Assembly: GCA_002269645.1 (NCBI GenBank) | Contig: NIVC01002100.1 | Location: 140,595-204,594, forward strand | Direction of reading: 5' to 3' | Source of the DNA: Macrostomum lignano | Taxonomy: Eukaryota | Length of the DNA stretch: 64,000 nucleotides | The notes under the pieces: model-generated | Seen by the model: the letters and a program-made list of their open reading frames with translations, nothing else | Told to the model about the DNA's origin: nothing | The model's database searches: none | Program-made: the position numbers and the translations under genes | Shown: positions 1 to 11,331 of the stretch, in pieces | How positions within the stretch are numbered: position 1 is the stretch's first letter | Layout of the letters: every line of letters starts with the position of its first letter

Positions 1-3000
1 GAGAGCGAGCCGCTGCTAGAGAATTACACCAACTTCCTGATTGACGAGTTCGGCAAGAATAGAGGCGTAACAAAGCCGAAGTTCATTGCCTCATTGGTGT
101 TTGACAAACTGACGCCCAGCTTCACGAAGTACCGGCTGCGATACGAGCAGAAGTCGGTGGACGGCACGCGAAACTTTAAAGTGTTGGACCGCACATTTAG
201 ACCCAGGCCGAGGAACTCTTTCCCTACCGATTTCAAGTACTTCACTTCCTTCTTTTTGCACATTCAGGTGAGTCTCTCAGCATTTCAGTAGTAAAGTATC
301 TTGTCCTGAATTCCCATGCCTACTGGACAATTTAAAAAATCTATTGCTTCTTGCCTGAAAAAATAAAGTTTATTAAACATTAAGCATCTGATTTGCTCAT
401 CCACAGGAGCTGCTTGAGCACGGCATCCAGGCAGCCGTGACTGGTGTGAACGCGCCGTTCCAGACCTATATAAACATGTTCCCGTCGGCCTGCTTCCAGC
501 AGGACAACTTCGCCAACGTGATGGGCTCCTTCCTGCCCATGATCATGACCATCTCCTGGATTTACAACGTGTCGCTGCTAGTGAACGCCATTGTCTACGA
601 GAAAGAGACGCGGCTGAAAGAGATGATGAAGATCATGGGGCTGTCTGACGGAGTGCACTGGGTCTCCTGGTTCATCACCTCTCTGATCATCATGGTTATC
701 GCTAGCGCTTTTATGGTTCTGCTTCTGAAAACCGGGCAGCTTGTCGTGTACTCAGACCCTCTGCTGTTGTTCCTGTTTATCGTGTCGTTTGTTGTGAGCA
801 CAATTTGTGAGGCCTTCTTTATTTCAATTTTCTTCTCAAACTCGAGCGTGGCGGCCGCCTTCGCCGGCGTGATCTACTTCCTCGGCTATGTGCCGTACAG
901 CGTGGTTGACAGCTTCTCGGACAGTATGACTCGGCCGCAGTACTTGTTGAGCTGCCTTATTCCTCAGCTAGCATTTGGAGTGGGCTGCAAGTTCATTGGC
1001 AGCTGGGAGCTCGCTTCGGTCGGGCTGCAGCACAAAAACTTTTACGATTCACCGCTTGCCACTAGCGAATTTACATTCAACCAGGTTGGTTTTCCGAAAA
1101 ATAATTTGTAGTTCTTCGTTAACAACTATCAGGTAACTAAGTCAAAGAACCGTTACTTAGCTGATGCTATCATATACCTAATACGTTTCAAAATCCTCAG
1201 GTAGTCGTTATGATGTGGATAGACTCTGGCATTCTGATGCTGCTCACCTGGTACCTGGAGAAGGTGTTTCCGGGAGCCTATGGAGTGCCCAAACCGTGGT
1301 ACTTTCCGTTCTCGCCGTCTTACTGGTGCGGTCAGTCAAAGAAAGCTCTGACAGTTGATGTCGAAGGTGGCATTGACAATCTGGGCGCCTCTGCCTCATC
1401 CCTGGCATCGTCCCCAGTGTCCGACTCGTCCAGATCCTCCCAAGAAAAGCCTGCTTCAAACGGAGTCACGGCTGGTGTAGAGTTGAATGGTCACAACTCT
1501 TCGCACTTCGAAGACGAGCCAAAGCACCTGAGCGTTGGCATCAGCGTCAGGAACCTCACCAAGGTCTACGAGCCCGGCAGGTGCGCCTGCAAAAAGAATG
1601 CGAAGCCCTTCACGGCTGTGGACAATCTGAGCTATAATTTCTACGAAGGACAGGTCACCTCGTTCCTTGGTCACAATGGCGCTGGTAAATCCAATGCAAC
1701 AGATATTATTACTTCCAAGGCTCGTAAATTTAACACACGCGAAATTTGATCTCTGAATAACGGTATATACCTTGTGTTCTAAACAGGTAAAAGCACGACA
1801 ATGTCCCTTCTGACGGGTTTGTACACACCAACATCGGGCACCGCCTTTATCGGCGGGTACGACATCCGCACAGAGATGGACCAGATTCGCCAACAACTCG
1901 GCCTGTGTCCTCAGCACAATGTGCTTTTCGACACTCTGACGGTGGAGGACCACATCTACTTCTACGGCATGCTCAAAGGCCTCAGCAGGGCGGAGGTCGC
2001 CCAGCAGGTTGACTCGTTCATCGCAGACGTCGGCCTACAGAAAAAGAAGTACGAAATAAGCAAGAATCTGTCAGGCGGGATGAAGCGAAAGCTGTCTGTC
2101 GCCATGGCGTTTGTCGGCGGATCGAAGGTCGTCGTACTGGACGAGCCAACCGCTGGTGAGTCGGCGGTTTTGTACCGACAAGATATTTCTTTCAGCCAAC
2201 ATCCGTTTGACAAAAAAACTGCGAATTTTAGGCGTCGACCCGCACGCGCGTCGCTCGATCTGGGACGTGTTGGCGAAGTTCCGTCAGGGCCGCACCATCA
2301 TCCTGACCACCCACCACATGGACGAGGCGGACATTCTGGGCGACCGAATCTGCATGATTAACAAAGGCCGTCTCGTGTGCTCAGGCTCTCCGATGTTTCT
2401 CAAGAAAGTGTTTGGTGAGGGCTACACCCTGACTCTGGTAAAGGCGTCCTTAGACTTCGATACGGATAAAGTTCTGAGCTTAGTGCAGTCTGAGGTCTCA
2501 GAGGCGAGCCTGGGGGAGTGCACATCCAGCGAAATCAGCATAAAGCTGCCATACAGCTCTGTGCCTCTGCTTGCTGGCCTGTTTGCTAGCCTTGATGAGA
2601 AAATGGCCAACTTAAACATAGCAACTTATGGTATCGAGGACAGCTCGCTTGAAGAAATTTTCCTAGCTGTGACGGGTTGCAGCTTGGAGAACAGCGAGGA
2701 GCTGCTCGATGATCCCTCTGTTGTCGGTTTCCGGCCGACTCTGCGGGAAAGTGTCCGGCGTAGGCAGCTGCAGCGCGCGATGCTCGGCTGCAGAAGTGCC
2801 GCTGACAGCGTTGTTGGAGCCGCCTCAGAAGACACTCCTAGTGAGCTTCCTATCAACTCCAGCTCCGAGTGCATCTGCCCTTACGATCCTGTCGATGATG
2901 TGGTTTCTTCCGTGGCCTCTGCAGTGCCTTCAACTGAGCCTGCGTCCTTGCGAAAGCATGAGCCAAGCCGAACGCGTCGGCCTTTGTGGCAGCAAATCAA

Positions 3001-6000
3001 GGCGCTCTGGCTAAAACGCTTTCACGTTCTGCGTCGCTCAAAGATCGGATTCCTCGCCGAGTTTGTGCTGCCTGCAGTCTTTATCCTATTGACCCTTGCT
3101 CTGCTGCAAATTGTGCCCAAAGACGGCGACAGTCCACCGATGGAGCTGGCGCCCTGGTACATGCTCGGCAAGCCAGAGCGATCTCGCCTCAAGGACCTAT
3201 CAGTGTTCCAGAGCCGCAGCCTGACCGCCTACCCAAACAACCACAGCCTGACCGACCTGTCCAACCGGCTGATGCTGCACATGAACAGCACGGACTTCCT
3301 CGGAACTCGCTGCATGCGAGAGGATGTGTTCAGCAACCCCGACTTCCCGTGCAAGACGCAGCGACGAGGCTCTGTGTGGTCTGAGACTCCCAGCAACCTG
3401 CCCAGCAACACATCGTGGTGTCAGTGCTCGTACAAGGACTACCCGAACAGCGCCAAGTGCGTTGACTGGCCAACGCCAGCTCGTAAGTCTCTGATGAGCT
3501 CCGATATTGTGGAGAGCATGCAGGGCTACAACCTGACAAACTACATTCAGTCAACAGTGATGGAGTACTACCGAAAGAGATTCGGAGGCTACACGCTGTT
3601 CGTGAACGACTCGCAGCCAGTCAGTGCAGACGCGCAAAGTGCCAATGTTGAGGCGCAGCATTTTCTACGGACTTTAAATAACCTGACAGTCGGGAATTCA
3701 ACAGACTGGTAAGCAAAACTTGTTTACGTTTATTGATAAACGGCTCTGTAATATCCTGCGGGCCGTTGAAAGCGCAATAGTTTTAAGTTCTAAAACTTCA
3801 AAATTTTGCTGTTTAACAGGTTCATTGGACAGGTTTTGTCTTATCTTGAGAGCGTCCGGCTGCCAGCTAATCTGAGCTCCATTGTGAACCAAGTCTGGTT
3901 CGACAACCGGGGCTACGTGTCCGGGCCTGCCTACCTCAACACCCTCAGCAACGCCATCATGAGGGCTCTGGCTAACAAGAGCATCGGCTCGCCTGACCAG
4001 ATCGGCGTGTCCGGCTGGACTCACCCCATCACGCCTCGAACAACCTACATAAAGAATGTTCTTAACGCAAACACGGTAGTATCAGCCATGACAGTGGTGT
4101 CCATTATCTTCGCCCTGTCCTTCATCCCCGCCAGCTTTGTGCTCTTCCTCATCTCGGAGAGAACCACAAACGCTAAGCACCTGCAGTTCGTGTCCGGAAT
4201 TAACCCTACTACGTACTGGATCGTGAACCACATCTGGAACCTGTTGAACTACATGGTGCCGCTGACCATTGTGATCCTCTTGTTCGTGGCATTCAAGAAC
4301 TATGAGTTCGTTGGTTCGCAGACCATCGGACCGTTCCTGCTGACCATGGTTCTTTTCGGGTTCGCCAGTGCGCCGCTCATGTACCCCTTCAGCTGGGTGA
4401 TGACCGTTCCGAGCAAGGCGTTCACCATGCTAGCCTGCCTGAACTTGGGCATCGGGTTCACAACAACAATGTCCGTCACAATTGTCAGGATGATAGGCGA
4501 GCAAAACAACGATCAGAGCATGATAAACACCGCTGATACTCTGAAAGCCGTTTTTCTTCTCCTGCCGCACTTCTGTTTGGGCCAGTCTCTCATGGAGTTA
4601 AACATCTACTACCAGGTATTGCTGGTCAATTGCAATTTAATTTTTTTGCTGCTTTAGAAACATTTAGGGACTACATTAATGATGGCACACTTTTCCTGCA
4701 GATCAATGTCAGACTGGCGGAGCTGATGAAACAGACTGGAGCAAGTGCCTCTGACTTGAGCAGGTATGTTGAAGGTTTCGACGCGTATGACAACCCCTGG
4801 AGCGCCTCTGGCCGATATCTGGCCTGCCTTGTGGCGCACAGTGTTGTGTACTTTGCGCTCGTGCTGCTGCTCGAGTACAACTGCTGCTGCAAGCAGGGCC
4901 TCGTGTCCTCGCGCTTCTTCCGCCTCTTCTACCGCGCCGAGTACGAGCGCGCGCTGCGGCAGCCGGAAGCAGCGGAGATCGACGATGACGTGCTCGCTGA
5001 AGCTGCCAAGGTTGACGGAGCCGGCGCCAGCTCCTACTTGCTCGAACTGCAGCGGCTCGTCAAGATTTTCAGCACCAGCTCCGGACCGAGAGCCGCCGTC
5101 AAAGGCATCAGTCTGGGAGTGAAGTCTCAGGAGTGCTTCGGCTTCTTGGGCGTCAACGGAGCTGGCAAGACGACCACGTTCAAGATGCTGACTGGTGAGT
5201 CGCTGGGAGCAGATGCTGTCCGTAGGTTCAAGAGGTCCTATCGATTTGCTTTTTGCACTTTAAATGCTCAATGCATGCATTTTCACCCTCGATGCCTCGA
5301 TGACCTCAGGTGACCTCACACCGACGAGCGGAGACGCTCGAGTCGGCGGCTTCTCAATCCTGACGGAGGCTCTCGAGGTGCACAAGCAGCTGGGATATTG
5401 TCCCCAGTTCGATGCGCTGCTGCCACTACTGACCGGCAGGGAGACGCTGCAGCTGTACGCGAGGATTCGAGGCGTGGAGGAGGAGGACATCGACCAGCTG
5501 GTGGAGACCATCTCAAAGAGGTTCGTCACCGATCTTGCTCTTGCTCGCGTTACTCTAATAAGTGAAACGATGGAAGTGAAATTGAAATTAAATGAATGTT
5601 ACTCTAAAAAGTGCGCTTTTGAAATGAGAAGATTGTACGCAGGGCCACCTCGACACCGCAGGGTGGGCATCGAGGCGCACCTGGACAAGACCACTCAGGA
5701 GTACAGCGGAGGCAACAAGCGCAAGCTCTCTTGCGGCATCGCGTTCATCGGCAACCCGCCGATCGTGTTCCTGGACGAGCCAACTGCCGGCATGGACCCT
5801 GGAGCTCGCAGATTCCTTTGGCGCTGCATCCAACGCATGGTCACTGCTGGCTCGTGCGTCATTCTCACAACTCACAGCATGGAGGATTGCCAAGCGCTGT
5901 GTCACAGGCTCACCATCATGGTGAGAGCAGCTCAGTGCTGGTATTGCAGCTCATGCAGCAGCCAAGCAGCTCACTTTCCCCACCATACCTTCACTAACAT

Positions 6001-7774
6001 CTCACACAGGTGAACGGCAGACTGCAGTGCATCGGCAGTCCTCAGCACTTGAAGAACAAGTTCGGCCAAGGGTTCACCATCTTCCTGCGCGTTCGTCAGC
6101 CGCAGTCGCAGGAGGCGACATCCGCCTCTGCCTCGGCCTCCGCTACCATCGATAACACGGAAGGTCAGCTGGAGAGAGCTCACGAAGCGTTCATATCGGC
6201 CTTTCCGGACGCCATGCTGTGCGAGAACCACGCGGCTGTGCTGCAGTACCAGCTGAAGCAGACCGTGAGGCTCAGGACCATCTTTGAGAGCGTCCAGAGG
6301 CTCAAGGACAACGGTCTGGTGCTGGACTACAGCGTCAACCAGACCACTCTGGACCAGGTAACCTCATTGTTTAACCTCACAAGTAAAGCGTTTTTGCTGA
6401 TAGCCTATGACAGTGCATGCCAATTCCGGTGCTGCAGGTGTTCATCAACTTCGCCAAGAACCAGACGGAGACATCCGAAGAGACCAGTCGCAAAGACAAG
6501 GGTTTGCTGAAGCGGCTAAAAAGTAAGTGGGGGTGTTTTGACACTTGACCTAAGTCATGGTTTCAGCTGGTAGCATCTACAGACGACGTCAGCAGTGCCT
6601 GTATTGTTAGGGTAGTCTGAGGCTCCAACTGACCTCTACCTGACCGCCCCGACCCTGACCCTGTCGCTGCTCTCTTTAGGACAGCGCGCTTTTGTTTTCG
6701 TTGCTGTTGTTGGTGGTGGTGGTGGCGGTGGTGGTGGCGGTGGTGGTGGTGCTGGTGCTGGTGGTGGTGGTGGTGGTGGTTGTGGTGGTGGTGGTGGTGG
6801 TGCTGCTGCTGCTGCTGCTGCTGTTGGTGGTGGTGTCATTGTTGCTGTGGTTACTGTAAATGCAGGTCATCTTTGATCAGTGTCCCTATGCAAGCGGATT
6901 CCTATTTGGCTCCACGTCAAGAGCATCTCAGCCAGACTTTTTTCCTTTTGCCCAGACTGCATGAGCTCAAGGAAAGTCAGCGACGCGAAATTGTCAGACG
7001 AGGATGAGGCCGATGGTGCCCACAGCGGGTGCTCACGTGAGGCGGCATGGGCGGCCCCGGTGCTCAATGGTAGCGATATCAGTTTGAAATCAATAAAAGG
7101 CATGAATAGAGCCGCTTTCAATTGTTCGCAAGTATCAATACTTATCGCTGATCAATTATGAGTTTGTCTCGTGATTCACCGCGCAAATTATAGAAAAATA
7201 TTTCTAGTATTATGGATATGAGCCCCCGCTTCTCACTACTTCTTGATTGATTTGCTGCTTTTAATGCATACCAGAGTACACCGATATAGTTCCGGTGCAT
7301 GCATTGTCCTGTTTCTAACAATGAAGTTAACATGCTCTTTTGACTTTGACAGAGCTGGGCCGCAAGAAGCCGGCGGCCCGCTACCAGCCTTCCAGCCAGG
7401 CTGCCGGCCCGGCGCCCCCGGTTGCTGCCAGCGGCGACGGAGCTCGGAGCGGCGTCTGCGATAGTGGGGACGCGGCGACTTGTGAGTTGGTTTTGTTAGT
7501 CTGCCGGGTTAGGTGTAACAGGTGATATTCAGTCTGCTGTGCCTTCTATGTTGGCTGGACTAGCAATCCAATCTACTGTAATATCCATATTGGCTAGACT
7601 AGCAATCCAATCTACTGTAATATCCATATTGGCTAGACTAGCAATCCATTCCACTCCCTCATTCCAGTCGCCGGCCGCCAGAACGCGGCCTTCAGTGCCG
7701 AAGAGACCCCCAAAGAGCCGCCTGCTGCCCCGGCCTGCAAGTGGGTGGACTTCAACGAAGACTCAGTGGCTTGA
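1..7774 (+). CDS. ABCA: ABCA-subfamily (ABCA1/ABCA4-like) full-size lipid transporter, paralog A; 5' part lies upstream of the window
   Basis: GT-AG exons in consistent phase: <1-267, 407-1084, 1201-1684, 1787-2155, 2232-3708, 3820-4615, 4702-5194, 5310-5520, 5662-5920, 6010-6357, 6438-6522. Less certain tail exons: 6956-7036, 7353-7481, 7668-7774 (TGA); an alternative early stop exon 6567-6610 is possible. NBD1 GHNGAG|[22 protein letters not shown]; NBD2 [30 protein letters not shown]; TMD motif [18 protein letters not shown]. Confidence 0.93.
3149..3634 (+). repeat. Inverted-repeat arm, near-identical to 15124-15609 (ECD2-coding tract shared by both ABCA paralogs)
   Basis: About 486 bp matches the reverse complement of 15124-15609 with 4 synonymous mismatches seen; flanking coding sequence is clearly diverged. 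Confidence 0.88.
4796..6350 (+). repeat. Inverted-repeat arm of about 1.55 kb, near-identical to 11465-13019
   Basis: Position x pairs with 17815-x. One mismatch was seen by eye (4863). Three introns are included, and the ORF-track translations of both arms are identical. Confidence 0.93.
6703..6850. repeat. Compound (GGT)n/(GCT)n trinucleotide microsatellite
   Basis: Runs of ggt, ggc and gct triplets directly visible. Confidence 0.9.
7550..7648. repeat. 39-bp tandem repeat, about 2.5 copies
   Basis: tagcaatccaatctactgtaatatccatattggctagac recurs at 7561 and 7600. Confidence 0.85.
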
Positions 7775-8109
7775 AGTGCTCAACTTTGAGATTGAAGCTC
7801 ATGCAGCGTGTATAATTGTCACTTTTTTGTACCCTGTTGATCTCTAAAACTATTGCTGACTCATATTGATGCCGTTTTAATGATAACTTGCCCAAAGCAC
7901 TATTAACTAAACAAAATATTTTGCAACTGGTGAGATACGTAATAATCACAATTATTTTGTACAATTTTAGGTATGCATTAGAGGTATGTTCCGTGCTCTT
8001 CTGCGTTAAATCAGTGTCCACACCTTGCAGGCATTCGTGCATTCATGCGACATGTGCTGGTTGAATTTGGGAACTTATAGGCCAGTTGGGACACTTTTTA
8101 GACTGTTCA

Positions 8110-9075
8110 GACAGTATTGGGACTGTCCGGATATTATTGGGACTGTCCGGACATTAGCGGGACTGTTGGGAAAATATTGGGACTGTCCGGATATTAGCGG
8201 GACTGTTGGGAAAATATTGGGACTGTCCGGATATTAGCGGGACTGTTCGGAAAATATTGGGACTGTCCGGACATTAGCGGGACTGTTGGGAAAATATTGG
8301 GACTGTCCGGACATTAGCGGGACTGTTCGGAAAATATTGGGACTGTCCGGACATTAACGGGACTGTTCGGAAAATATTGGGACTGTCCGGATATTAGCAG
8401 GACTGTTCGGAAAATATTGGGACTGTCCGGATATTAGCAGGACTGTTCGGAAAATATTGGGACTGTCCGGACATTAGCAGGACTGTTCGGAAAATATTGG
8501 GACTGTCCGGACATTAGCGGGACTGTTCGGAAAATATTGGGACTGTCCGGACATTAGCGGGACTGTTGGGAAAATATTGGGACTGTCCGGACATTAGCAG
8601 GACTGTTCGGAAAATATTGGGACTGTCCGGACATTAGCAGGACTGTTCGGAAAATATTGGGACTGTCCGGATATTAGCAGGACTGTTGGGAAAATATTGG
8701 GACTGTCCGGACATTAGCGGGACTGTTGGGAAAATATTGGGACTGTCCGGACATTAGCGGGACTGTTCGGAAAATATTGGGACTGTCCGGACATTAGCAG
8801 GACTGTTCGGAAAATATTGGGACTGTCCGGATATTAGCGGGACTGTTCGGAAAATATTGGGACTGTCCGGACATTAGCGGGACTGTTCGGAAAATATTGG
8901 GACTGTCCGGATATTAGCGGGACTGTTCGGAAAATATTGGGACTGTCCGGACATTAGCGGGACTGTTGGGAAAATATTGGGACTGTCCGGACATTAGCGG
9001 GACTGTTCGGAAAATATTGGGACTGTCCGGACATTAGCGGGACTGTTGGGAAAATATTGGGACTGTCCGGACATT
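8110..9075. repeat. 40-bp minisatellite (two 20-bp subunits), about 24 copies
   Basis: Unit gggactgtccggacattagc-gggactgttcggaaaatatt. Confidence 0.95.
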
Positions 9076-9414
9076 CTTGACTGTCTTAACTTTCTTGACC
9101 GTGTCAAATTCAGATGGCAATTGAAACCATTCGCAAATTCTTTTGAGGTGTTTGTTTGTTAAATGTCTAAATGTATTGCCTTAATCAAAAGATTCGATTT
9201 TTTATGCGTTTCTTAGATTTTGTTTATTTTTTTATTCAGATATTTCTGTGATATTAAATGCACATTCTGAGACCTGCAGTAGTTCTTCTTTTGCCAACCA
9301 ATATAAACCGCGATCAGCCACTTTCAAGGAAACCTCTGTCACAAGTTCTATTCCAAATTGTTGTGAAAATTTGAATTCAACTGATCTTTGTTCAAGCTCT
9401 TTTCGCTGAAGTTC

Positions 9415-10870
9415 ACCCCATTGTACACTCACCCCATTGCACACTCACCCCATTGTACACTCACCCCATTGCATACTCACCCCATTGCACACTCACCCCA
9501 TTGCACACTCACCCCATTGCACACTCACCCCATTGCACACTCACCCCCTACTGCACACTCACCCCATTGCACACTCACCCCATTGCATACTCACCCCATT
9601 GCACACTCACCCCATTGCATACTCACCCCATTGCACACTCACCCCATTGCACACTTACCCCATTGCACACTCACCCCATTGCACACTCACCCCATTGCAC
9701 ACTCACCCCATTGCACACTCACCCCATTGCACACTCACCCCATTGCATACTCACCCCATTGCACACTCACCCCATTGCACACTTACCCCATTGCACACTC
9801 ACCCACCCCATTGCACACTCACCCCATTGCACACTCACCCCATTGCACACTTACCCCATTGCACACTCACCCCATTGCACACTCACCCCATTGCACACTC
9901 ACCCCATTGCACACTCGCCCCATCGCACACTTACCCCTTTGCACACTCACCCCATTGCACACTCACCCCATCGCACACTCAGCCCCTACTGCACACTCAC
10001 CCCATTGCACACTCACCCCATCGCACACTCAGCCCCTACTGCACACTCACCCCATCGCACACTTACCCCATTGCACACTCAGCCCCTACTGCACACTCAC
10101 CCCATCGCACACTTACCCCATTGCACACTCAGCCCCTACTGCACACTCACCCCATCGCACACTTACCCCATTGCACACTCACCCCATTGCACACTCACCC
10201 CATTGCATACTCACCCCATTGCACACTCACCCCATCGCACACTTACCCCATTGCACACTCACCCCATTGCACACTCACCCCATTGCACACTCACCCCATT
10301 GCACACTCACCCCATCGCACACTCACCCCAACTGCACACTCACCCCATTGCACACTTACCCCATTGCACACTCACCCCATTGCACACTTACCCCATTGCA
10401 CACTCACCCCATTGCACACTCGCCCCATCGCACACTTACCCCATTGCACACTCACCCCATTGCACACTCACCCCATTGCACACTCACCCCATTGCACACT
10501 CACCCCATCGCACACTCAGCCCCTACTGCACACTCACCCCATTGCACACTCACCCCATCGCACACTCAGCCCCTACTGCACACTCACCCCATCGCACACT
10601 TACCCCATTGCACACTCAGCCCCTACTGCACACTCACCCCATCGCACACTTACCCCATTGCACACTCACCCCATTGCACACTCACCCCATTGCACACTCA
10701 CCCCATTGCACACTCACCCCATTGCACACTCACCCCATTGCACACTCAGCCCCTACTGCACACTCACCCACTACTGCACCTCACCCCCTGCTGCACCCTT
10801 ATTGCATACTTCACCACATTGCACACTCACCCCCTACTGTACACTCACCCCCTGCTGCACCCTTATTGCG
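9415..10870. repeat. 16-bp minisatellite, about 90 copies
   Basis: Unit actcaccccattgcac with variants (cttacc, atcgca, agcccctactg). It explains the H/P/T-rich ORFs in three frames. Confidence 0.95.
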
Positions 10871-11331
10871 TACTTCACCACGTTGCAAACTTGCAATATG
10901 AGACACTTCGTACATGCACTACGTAAAGCATAAGTATTGATATACCGCATAGTAGACACTTGGACGGCAGAAGATGAACTCTACAATGCGACACAGTAAC
11001 ATATATTTGTGAATCAATGCTGACAGAGCCGCTACAAAAGGACAGGAAAATAAAATTAATTTAGGAATGCAGCTGTTGTACTTCTACCTGCATGTTCTGC
11101 TTGCATACTAGTAGCTAAAAACATTCTGCATTTTTGAGCACCTACGGGCGTAAATAGAGGAACCAGCAGTGGAGTAAAATCTTATTGCTAGAGGGCTAAA
11201 ACTGACTTCATTTGACTTATCTGGCATGTACAGTGACTAAAAGCAACACTGAAACTTCGCGTCATATTTCATCATTTCACGCGCGAAAGATTTAAGCAGG
11301 AGAATTCCGACTGGAGTTGAATGTCCAGCCC

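Noticed and set aside
595-6231. Many short ORFs antisense or out of frame to ABCA-A (and their mirror images in ABCA-B)
   Set aside because: Shadow ORFs of GC-rich coding exons with no independent motifs.
9388-10933. Long His/Pro/Thr-rich ORFs of 482-512 aa in three frames
   Set aside because: They are translations of a stop-free 16-bp minisatellite, open in all three frames, with no splice or codon evidence.
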